From: a virus
Direction: 5' to 3' (one strand)
DNA: 64,000 bases
IMG/VR virus record: IMGVR_UViG_3300046744_000381
Span: 72,877 to 136,876 of that record
The stretch's first letter is position 1; every line of letters starts with the position of its first letter. Positions 31,273 to 40,890 of the stretch are shown here, in pieces. The notes under the pieces are model-generated. The model was not told the origin of the DNA. It saw nothing but the letters and a program-made list of their open reading frames with translations, and searched no databases. Position numbers and translations under genes: made by a program.

Positions 31273-33044
31273 TAAAAATTAAAGATTTAACCGTAAAGAA
31301 CTTTATGAGTGTGGGTAATGTGACCCAAGCAGTCGACTTTAACAAAGAACAACTGACTTTAGTACTCGGCGAAAACTTAGATCAAGGCGGCGACGATACT
31401 GGATCACGTAATGGTACCGGTAAAACAACTATAATTAATGCATTAAGCTATGCATTATATGGTACAGCTTTAACAAATATTAAACGCAACAACTTAATTA
31501 ACAAAACTAACAGCAAAGGTATGTTAGTAACACTTAATTTTGAGAAGGCTGGTAACAAATACCGCATTGAACGTGGTCGATCTCCAAATATTCTTAAGTT
31601 TTACATAAACGATCACGAACAAAAAGAAGATATAGACGAATCTCAAGGAGATAGTCGTCAAACACAAAAAGAAATTGACAGTTTACTTGATATGAGCCAC
31701 GATATGTTCAAACACGTTGTTGCATTGAACACATATACAGAACCTTTTCTTAGTATGCGAGCAAATGACCAACGTGCAATCATTGAACAGTTACTTGGTA
31801 TTACTATTCTCACCGAAAAAGCAGATTTGCTAAAAGATAAAGTAAAACAAACAAAAGAATATATCACAGAAGAAACATTAAAAATTAATGCTATCGAATC
31901 TAGCAATAAAAAGATTGAACAAAGCATTGAAACACTAGCCGGAAGACAAAAAGCTTGGTTTGCAAAGCAAAAACAAGATATCGAAAGGCTAGATAACGCA
32001 ATCGAAGAATTAGAAAAGCTAGATATTGATATTGAACTAGATGCACACGATAAATTAGTCAATTGGACTGAACTAAACAATCGTTTAACAAGTTTAAACA
32101 AGGAAAAAGCAACACTTGAGAGTGCATTAATGAGAGCAACTAAAAGTGTTGACAAAGCAGAGAAAGATGTAAAAGAACTTGACGATGCAACCTGTTATAC
32201 TTGTGGTCAAGCACTACACGCGGATAAAAAAGCAGAAATAGAAACAAGAAAACAAAAAGAACTAACCGATGCATTAGCATATCAAACAGAAGTTGCCGAT
32301 AAACTAGAAAGTACAATGACTTTGTTAGAGGATATAGGCGATATTAACGGACGTCCAAATACATTTTATGAAAGTGCAAAAGAAGCTTACGAACATAGAA
32401 ACAATGTAGATAACTTTCGTCAAAGTTTGGTAAGTAAACAGCAGGAAGACGATCCATATCAAGCACAAATTGACGATTTAACAGATACAGCTCTTCAAAC
32501 TATTGATTGGCAAAATGTAAATGACTTGACTAATGTAAAAGAACACCAAGAGTTTCTTTTGAAATTGTTAACAAACAAAGACAGTTTCATACGCAAAAAG
32601 ATAATTGATCAAAACTTAGCATACTTAAACAACAGGCTCACATATTATTTAGACAGATTAGGCTTACCACATCAAGTTGAATTCCAAAACGATTTAGCAG
32701 TTGAGATTACACAACTAGGACAAGACTTAGATTTTGATAACTTGAGTAGAGGCGAACGCAACAGGCTAATACTAGGAATGAGTTTTGCATTTAGAGACGT
32801 TTGGGAATCATTGTACCAAGGTGTAAACTTGCTGTTCATTGATGAACTTATTGACAGTGGTATGGATACTGCTGGCGTTGAAGGTGCATTGGCTGTACTT
32901 AAAAAGATGGGTAGAGAACGTCAAAAAAATGTATTCCTTATTTCACACAAAGATGAATTAGTTGGTAGGGTGAACAATGTAATGAAAGTTATCAAAGAAA
33001 ATGGTTTTACATCTTACGAAAACGACATAGAAATTATAGAATGA
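31269..33044 (+). CDS. gp46: Recombination ATPase, Rad50/SbcC-like (591 aa)
   Basis: KNFMSVG, Walker A NGTGKTT, coiled coil with a CYTCG zinc hook, signature LSRGE, Walker B LLFIDE, H-loop ISH. Confidence 0.95.
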   Translation: MIKIKDLTVKNFMSVGNVTQAVDFNKEQLTLVLGENLDQGGDDTGSRNGTGKTTIINALSYALYGTALTNIKRNNLINKTNSKGMLVTLNFEKAGNKYRIERGRSPNILKFYINDHEQKEDIDESQGDSRQTQKEIDSLLDMSHDMFKHVVALNTYTEPFLSMRANDQRAIIEQLLGITILTEKADLLKDKVKQTKEYITEETLKINAIESSNKKIEQSIETLAGRQKAWFAKQKQDIERLDNAIEELEKLDIDIELDAHDKLVNWTELNNRLTSLNKEKATLESALMRATKSVDKAEKDVKELDDATCYTCGQALHADKKAEIETRKQKELTDALAYQTEVADKLESTMTLLEDIGDINGRPNTFYESAKEAYEHRNNVDNFRQSLVSKQQEDDPYQAQIDDLTDTALQTIDWQNVNDLTNVKEHQEFLLKLLTNKDSFIRKKIIDQNLAYLNNRLTYYLDRLGLPHQVEFQNDLAVEITQLGQDLDFDNLSRGERNRLILGMSFAFRDVWESLYQGVNLLFIDELIDSGMDTAGVEGALAVLKKMGRERQKNVFLISHKDELVGRVNNVMKVIKENGFTSYENDIEIIE

Positions 33045-33280
33045 CAGACGACACACACGACAAACTAGTACAAACATATTTAGAATATTTTAGGGCAAAC
33101 GAAAAGTTTGAACAAAGTCCTAGTGAAGCAAACAAACGCACAGCTAGAAGAGAACTTAGAAAACTTATTACACTAGCAAAAACAAGGCAAGAAGAAGTTG
33201 CAAAAAAATACGAAGAAGTACTTAGAGGCTACAGAGAAAATCAGAAATGGCAGACTAATAGAAAACATCCGTATACATAA
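33041..33280 (+). CDS. Small basic helical protein, possibly Hc1/histone-H1-like DNA-binding (79 aa)
   Basis: ATGA overlap with gp46; NEKF...ANKRTARRELRKLITLAKTR is a basic helix loosely like Hc1-type proteins. Confidence 0.5.
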   Translation: MTDDTHDKLVQTYLEYFRANEKFEQSPSEANKRTARRELRKLITLAKTRQEEVAKKYEEVLRGYRENQKWQTNRKHPYT

Positions 33281-33283
33281 AGT

Positions 33284-33709
33284 ATGAGTTGGTTATACAA
33301 AGGTAAAAAAGTAGACACTATTGAAGACGAATACGAAGGCTTTGTATATCTAATAACAAACAAAAAGACAAAACAAAAATACGTAGGCAAGAAGTTAGCA
33401 AAATTTAAGACAACTAAGCCACCATTAAAAGGCAAAAAAAACAAACGCAGAGGTCATAAAGAAAGTGATTGGCGTGAATACTGGGGAAGTTCAGATAGAC
33501 TGAACGAAGATGTAAAAAATTTAGGCGAAAAAAACTTTACTCGTGAAATACTTTACTACTGCAAAAGCAGAGCTGAAATGAGTTACATTGAAGCACGAGA
33601 ACAGTTTGATAGGCGAGTCTTAGAGACAGACGAATACTACAACGGAATCATCAATGTTAGAGTTGGTGGATCAAATAAACTACGCCAGGCACTACTAGAA
33701 CAAAAATAG
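33284..33709 (+). CDS. Stand-alone GIY-YIG (Seg/DenA-like) endonuclease (141 aa)
   Basis: GFVYLITN...KYVGKK, YWGSS, NFTREIL, catalytic-type YIEAREQ and YYNG; no C-terminal DNA-binding domain. Confidence 0.85.
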   Translation: MSWLYKGKKVDTIEDEYEGFVYLITNKKTKQKYVGKKLAKFKTTKPPLKGKKNKRRGHKESDWREYWGSSDRLNEDVKNLGEKNFTREILYYCKSRAEMSYIEAREQFDRRVLETDEYYNGIINVRVGGSNKLRQALLEQK

Positions 33710-33734
33710 GCTATATAACGAGCTCTAAATAAAA

Positions 33735-34190
33735 TCCAAGATCCAGCCGAGGTAATGCTCGTCGCCGGTGGTGTGGTATGCTCGCGTGAAGAAACATACG
33801 ATAGGTTTTAAAGGATTGTGGCTCTGAGAAAAAGCAACCACAAGGTAAGTGTTTTCGCTTGTTAGGGAATAACTGCCTTCCGTTGATATGACGAAGCTAG
33901 AGTAGGAGGATACAGGTCAACCGCCTCCACTTAATGTTAAGTCAAAGTAACATTAACTTGTTTAGTGTTAAATTGAAATAACATTAAAATCTCTTTTAAT
34001 AAGATGGCTGAAGCAACTCGAATAATGCTCAAAAGCTACCTTCGCCCGGCAACGGGCGAATTATGACTTCACAATCTGAATAATACTAAAAGCATATGCT
34101 TTGCATATGCCTTATTAATATTGTTATCAAGAACTAATGATTCGTGTTGAGTGATAACGAAAACACAGTTGAACTTAGTTCAACTCATAT
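33735..34190 (+). ncRNA. Candidate large structured ncRNA (or structured DNA element such as an origin)
   Basis: No ORF of 60 aa or more in 33710-34225. TAAATA at 33726-31 and at least 10 hairpins, including TTCGCCCG-GCAA-CGGGCGAA (34041-60), TTGTGG/CCACAA, GGAGG/CCTCC and AGTTGAAC-TTA-GTTCAACT. Confidence 0.55.
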
Positions 34191-34225
34191 AAACTAAATA
34201 CATTATACAGCTGGAACACTTGTGA

Positions 34226-35917
34226 ATGAAATTAGTAGAATTATTATCTGAAGAAAAAATTATTATTAAAGAAGAAGCAGTAGATATTCCAAAGCTAACT
34301 ACTTTGTCTATTGACAATTTAGATTATAAATGGAATGGATCAACTTGGGTCAGGGCTACAGATAATGCTCCTGCAAAACCTAGTGTTGTATCTCGACTTA
34401 CAAAAAGCTGGAAATCAATAAATCCTCCGACTGCTATGTTTGATCCTGCAAAAGCAGCACCTGTTGCTGTAGGTGATAGGTATATTGTTAATTTAAAAGA
34501 TCAAAACTTTAGTTTTGCAAAGCAGGTTGATGCAGACACGTTTACGAAACGATTACGCAACGGATCGTCAGTAACTAGAGCATTGCGTGGATTTGAAGGT
34601 GCTTATAGAGAAATAGGCAGAGGTTTATATAACAAGCTAAAAATTGGTTCGGTAATGACTCCGGAACAAATTAGCACTGCAATGAAAAATCGACCTACAT
34701 TAACTAAAATATTTGCTGGTACAGTTATGTCTGGATTTTTTAAACTACTAGGTGTTTTAGGTATTGGCATTGGTTTATTTCAAAGTTTCATAATAAATTA
34801 TGACATAGTTAGCGAAATGCCTGATAGTGAATTTCCTGGCGGACAAGCAGAAAAAGAAGAATTAAAATCTATCATTACAGGATTATTTGTTTCACAATGT
34901 ATACTAATGCTGTCTATGGCTTTTAGAGTAATAAGGATAGCAACGCTTATAAATTTAATTCGTTCGCCTATAAGAGCAATGCAAATTGGCGCAGCAGCCA
35001 CAGGCGCTGGTACTATTCCTAGTTTGATCACTATGATTATAACTGAAGCTGCATTTTGGGGTGCAACATATTTGCTTACTCGTCCTGCTTTTCAGATGAA
35101 ATTAGCAGAATTTGTAGCAGGAACTGTAGCCGCAAAAGTGTTTGAAGGCGTGGGTAATGTAGCTGATTTAGCAGCATTAGGATTGGATACAATGACTAAT
35201 GGTGCATTAGGCGGAAGCACATTAAGAGATGCATTAACATTTGAAGGTGGTGTAACAAAAATGCCAACAGGCACATCATATGCATCCAGTGAATGGGCAA
35301 AACTAGCTTTCCAGGATATGATCTTTCCGCCAGATATGGAAAAAGTAAAAGTTCCTTATTTGATGTTAGGAGATAGAACAGGTGCAATTTTTGATGCATT
35401 AGAAATTGATCCAAGCGAACGTCCAGCAGAAAGCATTGACCCGAAGCCAATGTCATCTGGTCAACTTGGACAATTAAGTGATTATGTATTTCCTTACACG
35501 CCAGAAATGGCCGACCAACTAAAAGACACGCACGAGCTTGTTGCTGTTAGTGATAGGATGGGAGCAAGACCTGGTGGAATGAATCAAGAATTATATCTAG
35601 CTCCAACACCGGAAGCTCTTAGAAGTGGTAAGCCAATTCCAATGCCTGACAATCGTGTACTTACAAGAACCGGTGCTAAGATAGAACGTCCTGAAAACTC
35701 AAATGATAATGATGAGTTAATTAAACGTGCAAGCGATGCAATTGATAGTGCAGAAAATCCTGTTAGAACACAAAATACTGGACGAAGTAATTCTCCAGTA
35801 GTTCCTGCAGCTAGACAAGGCAGCGGTAGATCAGTTGGACGACCTGTAAATATTAGACCAGGTGACGAAGAGAATGCATTAGATGCAATAGCAGCAGACA
35901 GAAATAGATTCAATTAA
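34226..35917 (+). CDS. Putative internal head/ejected protein with hydrophobic segments (563 aa)
   Basis: TAAATA at 34195-200; N-terminus MKLVELLSE resembles a T4 capsid-targeting sequence; about 3 hydrophobic helices at aa ~163-285. Confidence 0.55.
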   Translation: MKLVELLSEEKIIIKEEAVDIPKLTTLSIDNLDYKWNGSTWVRATDNAPAKPSVVSRLTKSWKSINPPTAMFDPAKAAPVAVGDRYIVNLKDQNFSFAKQVDADTFTKRLRNGSSVTRALRGFEGAYREIGRGLYNKLKIGSVMTPEQISTAMKNRPTLTKIFAGTVMSGFFKLLGVLGIGIGLFQSFIINYDIVSEMPDSEFPGGQAEKEELKSIITGLFVSQCILMLSMAFRVIRIATLINLIRSPIRAMQIGAAATGAGTIPSLITMIITEAAFWGATYLLTRPAFQMKLAEFVAGTVAAKVFEGVGNVADLAALGLDTMTNGALGGSTLRDALTFEGGVTKMPTGTSYASSEWAKLAFQDMIFPPDMEKVKVPYLMLGDRTGAIFDALEIDPSERPAESIDPKPMSSGQLGQLSDYVFPYTPEMADQLKDTHELVAVSDRMGARPGGMNQELYLAPTPEALRSGKPIPMPDNRVLTRTGAKIERPENSNDNDELIKRASDAIDSAENPVRTQNTGRSNSPVVPAARQGSGRSVGRPVNIRPGDEENALDAIAADRNRFN

Positions 35918-36153
35918 AGCAACGGCATTTTAGAATTTTTTGTATTTTCTATATTATCTTTTACAATTTTAGATATAATTTCTTGATCTTCCATATCGGT
36001 ATCGTATAGCAATGTCTCCACAGAGACACCGCCTCTCATATACCAACTGAGTCTATAGATAGTGTCTTTTATTCTTTTAATATCGTTCTCAAAATCATTG
36101 GCTAATACTTCTACAGCACTATCATCTAAGTAGATTAGCCTTTTCCGAAAAAA
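35914..36153 (-). CDS. gp51-like/GT-like chaperone extension, reachable by -1 frameshift from gp26 (79 codons; not in the ORF track)
   Basis: Open frame FFRKRLIYLDDSAVEVLANDFENDIKRIKDTIYRLSWYMRGGVSVETLLYDTDMEDQEIISKIVKDNIENTKNSKMPLL* runs from the T TTT TTC heptamer; the first ATG is only at 36039 (41 aa). Confidence 0.7.
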   Translation of the reverse strand, partial: FFRKRLIYLDDSAVEVLANDFENDIKRIKDTIYRLSWYMRGGVSVETLLYDTDMEDQEIISKIVKDNIENTKNSKMPLL

Positions 36154-36971
36154 TCTGTTTGATCAATGGTTATGCGTATTTCATTTGTTTCTTCACAAGC
36201 AGAACATTGAACAGTTTCTTTTGGTAACAACCACGTTTCGTATTGCTTATCTATATGTGCTTTTATTGCTTTAAACATATCAACATCATAGCTCTCTATG
36301 AAATCATAAATTACTTTTTTATCCTTTTCAACCTCACCATCAACTTCAATACTGTGAATAGAAAGTAAAATTGATTTCATATTCATTTTAGCTATTGAAG
36401 ACAATACTGTGTCTTGAAATTTATTTTTTTCATCTTCGTCTATGATTTTTGGTAACTGTACAGATAATGCTCTTTGAAAACCGACTGATTCTTTTTGTAA
36501 ATCTGTATAGTCGGAATACGATAAAGGAACAAAATTAATTTTGAAATCGTTATACAACATAGTATCTTCAAATTCTAATTTGTTCATATAATCGATATAC
36601 CTTGAAATATCAATTTCGTATGTGTTATCTTCATTGCATTTTTTACAACGCTGACTAATTTGCATTTTTGTACCATACGTTGCTAAACGTATTGATAGCA
36701 GTAATGCGTCAACATCTAAAGTTACTAGGTCAAATGGTTTAAGAATAGACGGAATACAACTTTGTATATTTTTTGCAGTTGCTTGCCCGTTTATCAAAGC
36801 ATCTGGTGTTCTATAAAGTATTTCATCATTGGCAGTCATACTAAAAACTGCTAAATTTGAATACGAATCTTCATATAACACACTATCGCTATAGTATTTG
36901 CCTTTGCTTGGCAAATCTATATAGATTTTTGGCTGTCTTGTATATTTTTTGAGAGGGCTTTCGTTTTCCAT
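36135..36971 (-). CDS. gp26: Baseplate hub assembly protein, T4 gp26-like (278 aa)
   Basis: IDLPSKG, MTANDE, DVDALLLSIRLATYG, two CxxC motifs (CKKC, CSAC) and a terminal DFF, as in T4-like gp26 proteins. Confidence 0.75.
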   Translation of the reverse strand: MENESPLKKYTRQPKIYIDLPSKGKYYSDSVLYEDSYSNLAVFSMTANDEILYRTPDALINGQATAKNIQSCIPSILKPFDLVTLDVDALLLSIRLATYGTKMQISQRCKKCNEDNTYEIDISRYIDYMNKLEFEDTMLYNDFKINFVPLSYSDYTDLQKESVGFQRALSVQLPKIIDEDEKNKFQDTVLSSIAKMNMKSILLSIHSIEVDGEVEKDKKVIYDFIESYDVDMFKAIKAHIDKQYETWLLPKETVQCSACEETNEIRITIDQTDFFGKG

Positions 36972-36985
36972 AATTATTCCCTAGG

Positions 36986-37010
36986 TAAATACTAGTATAG
37001 AATATTTATA
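36986..37010. promoter_or_regulatory. Face-to-face late promoters for the tape measure (+) and gp26 (-)
   Basis: TAAATA at 36986-91 (+) and a perfect TATAAATA at 37010-37003 (-). Confidence 0.7.
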
Positions 37011-37036
37011 AACAAAAAAATGCAGGAGTATGTCTT

Positions 37037-39154
37037 TTGGCTTCGGAAATAGACGAATTTTTAACTGGTAGTGGCAACGCCTTAAGTTTCTTAGGTAGAG
37101 AAGCAAAGGGCGCAGCAAATTCAGTTGTTGGTTTAGCTGGTAACTTGTTATCAGGTAGTATGAAACTATCTGACTACAGTAAAGCATTAGATAAAAATAC
37201 AAAAATATTAGGTAACCTTGGTAAAGTTGTAAATGCTTTAACAATGTTCGCTGAAAACAGTTTAGCAGAATATCAAAGTTTAACAGGAATTGGTGCAAGC
37301 TTTGGCAAGCAAATGACAGAGATAAAAATTGCTGCTGCTGAATTTGGTATGACTGTTGAAGATATGACCAAGATGTTAAAAGACAACACAGAAGGGTTGA
37401 GCGCATTTGGTGGTACAACTGATCAAGCAATCAGTAGGTTTAGACAATTTAGTACCAGTGTGTTACAAAGTGATGTAGGTACTAATTTACGTAGATTAGG
37501 ATTTACTGTTGAAGACATAAATGAAAACTTGTTAACATATGCAGAAATTGCTGAACAAGACAATCAATTAGAACGCAGTGTAGGTAGAGATAGAAATGCA
37601 AGTGCATTAGAGTTTGCAAAAGAGTTAGATGCACTTAGTAAACTTACAGGTAAGCAACGTGAGGATCTTGCTGACCAAATGAAAGAGGCAAGACGTCAAG
37701 GCGATGTGCAAGCATTCTTAACTGGACAAAGTGCTGATGCAAGCGAAGCACTTAGTACAGGACTAACAAAAATTGGTTCTACTATGGGGCCACAATTTTC
37801 TGAATTGTTTAAAGACTTGTTAATACGTGGTGCTCCTACTACAGACGAAACTAGACAGGCATTTGTTGCATTAGGCGATAGTGCTGATGAATTTCAAGCA
37901 CAAGTAGATGCATTTAGATCGGGTATGAATACAAATAACTTTGATGCATTTGATCAAAGTATATCACAAACACAAGCAGCATTTACAGATTATCTAGGAA
38001 CCGAAGAAGCTAGACAAATCGGTATGTTAGGCAACCTGACAGGTATAAGCCAAGCACAGAATCAATTAAGAGAAGATTCATATGTGTTTGCAAACAGACT
38101 AAATGCAGCAGGAGCAGCAGCAGAAGACACTCTTGTAAAATTGCAAAGAATTACTGCTGAAATAGAACGTCAACAAGAAATCCAAATGGGTGCCGAAGAT
38201 ACAAAAAATCTCATAGATGAAACTATTAAATTAAACGAAGCCACTCAAAAAATGGTGCTTGCAACACAACAAACTGCACTTAAAAACTTAGAAGAAATGG
38301 GTGTTACTGCATTACAAAAAGTACAAGCTGCAATGCCAAGTGCAGGAGAGATTACAACACAACTTGGCGGAGTTGTTGATAATTTATTTAGAGCATCAGA
38401 AAACGTTGCAGGAGTATACGAAAAGGGACGTTTTGCAATCGAGAATTTGCCTAATATGGAAGTCGGTGATGTTGAAAATATGACAGTAAATGATTTAGGT
38501 GTACCTGAACTAGCAACAGACGAAAATGCAAATACAAATGCTGAAACATTATCAGAAGAATTAAGCGATGCAAGAGCACAAGTTGCAGAAACTGAACAAA
38601 AAATTGCGCAGCTTAGTGCAAGACAAACTGAAGCAATGCTTACAGGACAAACACAACAAGCAGATAGTATCGGTGCAGAAATAGATAAAATGAAATCCGA
38701 ACTTTCGACTGCTATACAAAAGACAGGACAAGCATTTACAAATAGTAGACTTGCTGACTATAAAAGGAGTGGATTTACCGGAAGAGGGTTTGCATCAGGA
38801 GGATATATTAGATCAGGCGAAGTAGGAGTTACAGGAGAAATGGGTCCTGAACTTATTACCGGGCCAGGAAATGTTTTAAGCACTGAAAATACTCGTAATT
38901 TACTTACTATGATGCGAGGATTGCGATCACAGATTGACAATAATGCCACTTCGTCGTATAATAATGATACAGATACGATAAGTAATAGTATTACAGAAAC
39001 AATGGTCTCTATGCTTGAAGGAAAATTAAACACACAAAATTCGCTATTAGAAAGTTTACTAAGAGTAGAAAGTGGTGCAGCTGATACAGGTAAGAGACAA
39101 TTTAGAGCTACTAAAGGTTTAAGCGGCAATATGCTAAAAGGAATAGGCACGTGA
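37037..39154 (+). CDS. Tail tape measure protein (705 aa, TTG start)
   Basis: Ala/Gln/Glu-rich helical sequence with the C-terminal tape-measure motif FASGGYI...GEMGPELI; AGGAG SD 8 nt before the TTG; adjacent to the gp26/gp51 pair. Confidence 0.75.
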   Translation: MASEIDEFLTGSGNALSFLGREAKGAANSVVGLAGNLLSGSMKLSDYSKALDKNTKILGNLGKVVNALTMFAENSLAEYQSLTGIGASFGKQMTEIKIAAAEFGMTVEDMTKMLKDNTEGLSAFGGTTDQAISRFRQFSTSVLQSDVGTNLRRLGFTVEDINENLLTYAEIAEQDNQLERSVGRDRNASALEFAKELDALSKLTGKQREDLADQMKEARRQGDVQAFLTGQSADASEALSTGLTKIGSTMGPQFSELFKDLLIRGAPTTDETRQAFVALGDSADEFQAQVDAFRSGMNTNNFDAFDQSISQTQAAFTDYLGTEEARQIGMLGNLTGISQAQNQLREDSYVFANRLNAAGAAAEDTLVKLQRITAEIERQQEIQMGAEDTKNLIDETIKLNEATQKMVLATQQTALKNLEEMGVTALQKVQAAMPSAGEITTQLGGVVDNLFRASENVAGVYEKGRFAIENLPNMEVGDVENMTVNDLGVPELATDENANTNAETLSEELSDARAQVAETEQKIAQLSARQTEAMLTGQTQQADSIGAEIDKMKSELSTAIQKTGQAFTNSRLADYKRSGFTGRGFASGGYIRSGEVGVTGEMGPELITGPGNVLSTENTRNLLTMMRGLRSQIDNNATSSYNNDTDTISNSITETMVSMLEGKLNTQNSLLESLLRVESGAADTGKRQFRATKGLSGNMLKGIGT

Positions 39155-40890
39155 GTTGGAAGAAATTTTTTACACCAGTCCCAACAAGTAATAATTCAAA
39201 TGGAAGTTATAGTCCATTTACTATGAAAGGACAAGCAGGTCCGGGACCAGCTGCTTCTAATTACAGTTCCCATTTACCTGATGTTTATGTAGGTTCGCCT
39301 AACCGTATCGAAAGATACAATCAATATAATACAATGGATAGTGACAGCGAAGTGAATGCAGCATTAGATATTCTTGCTGAGTTTTGTTCACAAAAAGCTT
39401 CTGACAACGATACACATTTTAATATAAATTTTAAAAAACAAGCTAATAATTCAGAGGTAAAAATATTAGGAGAGTATCTAAAACAATGGTGTAAAATTCA
39501 ACAGTTTGATACTCGTATGTTCCGTATTATACGTAATTCTTTTAAATACGGAGACCAATTTTTTATCAGAGATCCTGAATCACAAAAATGGTTCCACGTT
39601 GATCCTAGCCAAGTAACAAAGATTATTGTAAACGAAAGTGAAGGAAAACGTCCTGAACAATATGTTGTAAAGAATTTAAATTTTGCATTTGGTGCTTTAG
39701 AAGCAACACCTTTAAATCAGCAAAACAGCTACGGTCCAGGCGGAACATCGGGCTACCAGACTGTTAGTCAAAAAGCAGCTACAGGATCAGCAACACCTCC
39801 ATCTGGAACAAGTAGATGGCAAACAGACCAAAGCGAAACATTTGTTGATGCAAATAATGTAGTTCACTTATCGATGAGTGAAGGATTGGATCAAAACTTT
39901 CCTTTTGGTAATAGTTTACTTGAAAGTATTTTTAAAGTATACAAACAAAAAGAATTACTCGAAGATGCTATTATTATCTATCGAGTACAACGTGCGCCGG
40001 AGCGCAGAGTATTCTACGTTGATGTGGGCAATATGCCTTCGCACCTTGCTATGCAGTTTGTGGAGCGTGTAAAAACGGAAATACATCAAAGACGCATCCC
40101 ATCCAAGACAGGTGGCGGAACAAATGTCATAGACAGCTCATACAATCCACTGTCAATCAACGAAGATTACTTTTTCCCTCAAACTGCTGAAGGACGTGGA
40201 TCAAAAGTTGAAACACTACCAGGCGGTACAAACCTAGGAGAGATTGATGACCTTAGATACTTTACTAACAAATTGGTTCGCGGATTGCGTATTCCTAGCA
40301 GTTACTTACCCACAGGCGCAGACGATGGGGCAAGTCAATACAACGATGGGCGAGTAGGTACAGCATACATTCAAGAGCTAAGATTTAACAAATATTGCGA
40401 ACGTTTACAAGGAATGCTTGAAGAAGTTTTTAACTTAGAATTTAAATTATATCTTAAAAACAAAGGTGTTAATGTTGATTATTCAATGTTTGATTTAGAT
40501 CTAACACCACCTCAAAACTTTGCTGCATATAGACAAGCCGAACTTGACAACAATAGAATCAGCACCTTTAGTACTATCCAATCGGTGCCATTTATGTCAA
40601 ATAGATTTGCATTAAAACGCTTTTTAGGTATGAGCGATGAAGAAATAGCAGAAAATGAACGTCTATGGCAAGAAGAAAATCAAGACAACTTAGATGCAGC
40701 AGCACAGCAGCCCGAAATGGGTGCAGCAGGATTATCAGGCGCAGGTATTACCGACGACTTTGGAGGCTTAGAAACTGAGCTTGGCGACGAAGGTGATGCA
40801 ATAGATGCAGGAGAAGGCACTCCGCCTGAGACTGCAACAGGTGACGATATCGGAGGAGCAGAGGCAGCACCAACTGACCAAACTGTATAA
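39151..40890 (+). CDS. gp20: Portal protein (579 aa)
   Basis: LLEDAIIIYRVQRAPERRVFYVDVGNMP, EDYFFP and GRGSKVETLPGGTNLGEIDDLRYF are T4 gp20 family hallmarks. Confidence 0.97.
   Translation: MSWKKFFTPVPTSNNSNGSYSPFTMKGQAGPGPAASNYSSHLPDVYVGSPNRIERYNQYNTMDSDSEVNAALDILAEFCSQKASDNDTHFNINFKKQANNSEVKILGEYLKQWCKIQQFDTRMFRIIRNSFKYGDQFFIRDPESQKWFHVDPSQVTKIIVNESEGKRPEQYVVKNLNFAFGALEATPLNQQNSYGPGGTSGYQTVSQKAATGSATPPSGTSRWQTDQSETFVDANNVVHLSMSEGLDQNFPFGNSLLESIFKVYKQKELLEDAIIIYRVQRAPERRVFYVDVGNMPSHLAMQFVERVKTEIHQRRIPSKTGGGTNVIDSSYNPLSINEDYFFPQTAEGRGSKVETLPGGTNLGEIDDLRYFTNKLVRGLRIPSSYLPTGADDGASQYNDGRVGTAYIQELRFNKYCERLQGMLEEVFNLEFKLYLKNKGVNVDYSMFDLDLTPPQNFAAYRQAELDNNRISTFSTIQSVPFMSNRFALKRFLGMSDEEIAENERLWQEENQDNLDAAAQQPEMGAAGLSGAGITDDFGGLETELGDEGDAIDAGEGTPPETATGDDIGGAEAAPTDQTV

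Noticed and set aside
33710-34225. Group I/II intron with the GIY-YIG gene as its homing endonuclease
   Set aside because: The flanking genes look complete rather than split exons, and I could not identify group I P7 or group II domain V consensus. It is kept only as an unclassified structured element.
36981-37430. 149-aa minus-strand ORF overlapping the tape measure start
   Set aside because: It has an L/Q/Y-rich antisense composition and overlaps both the tape measure and the promoter region; there is no independent support.
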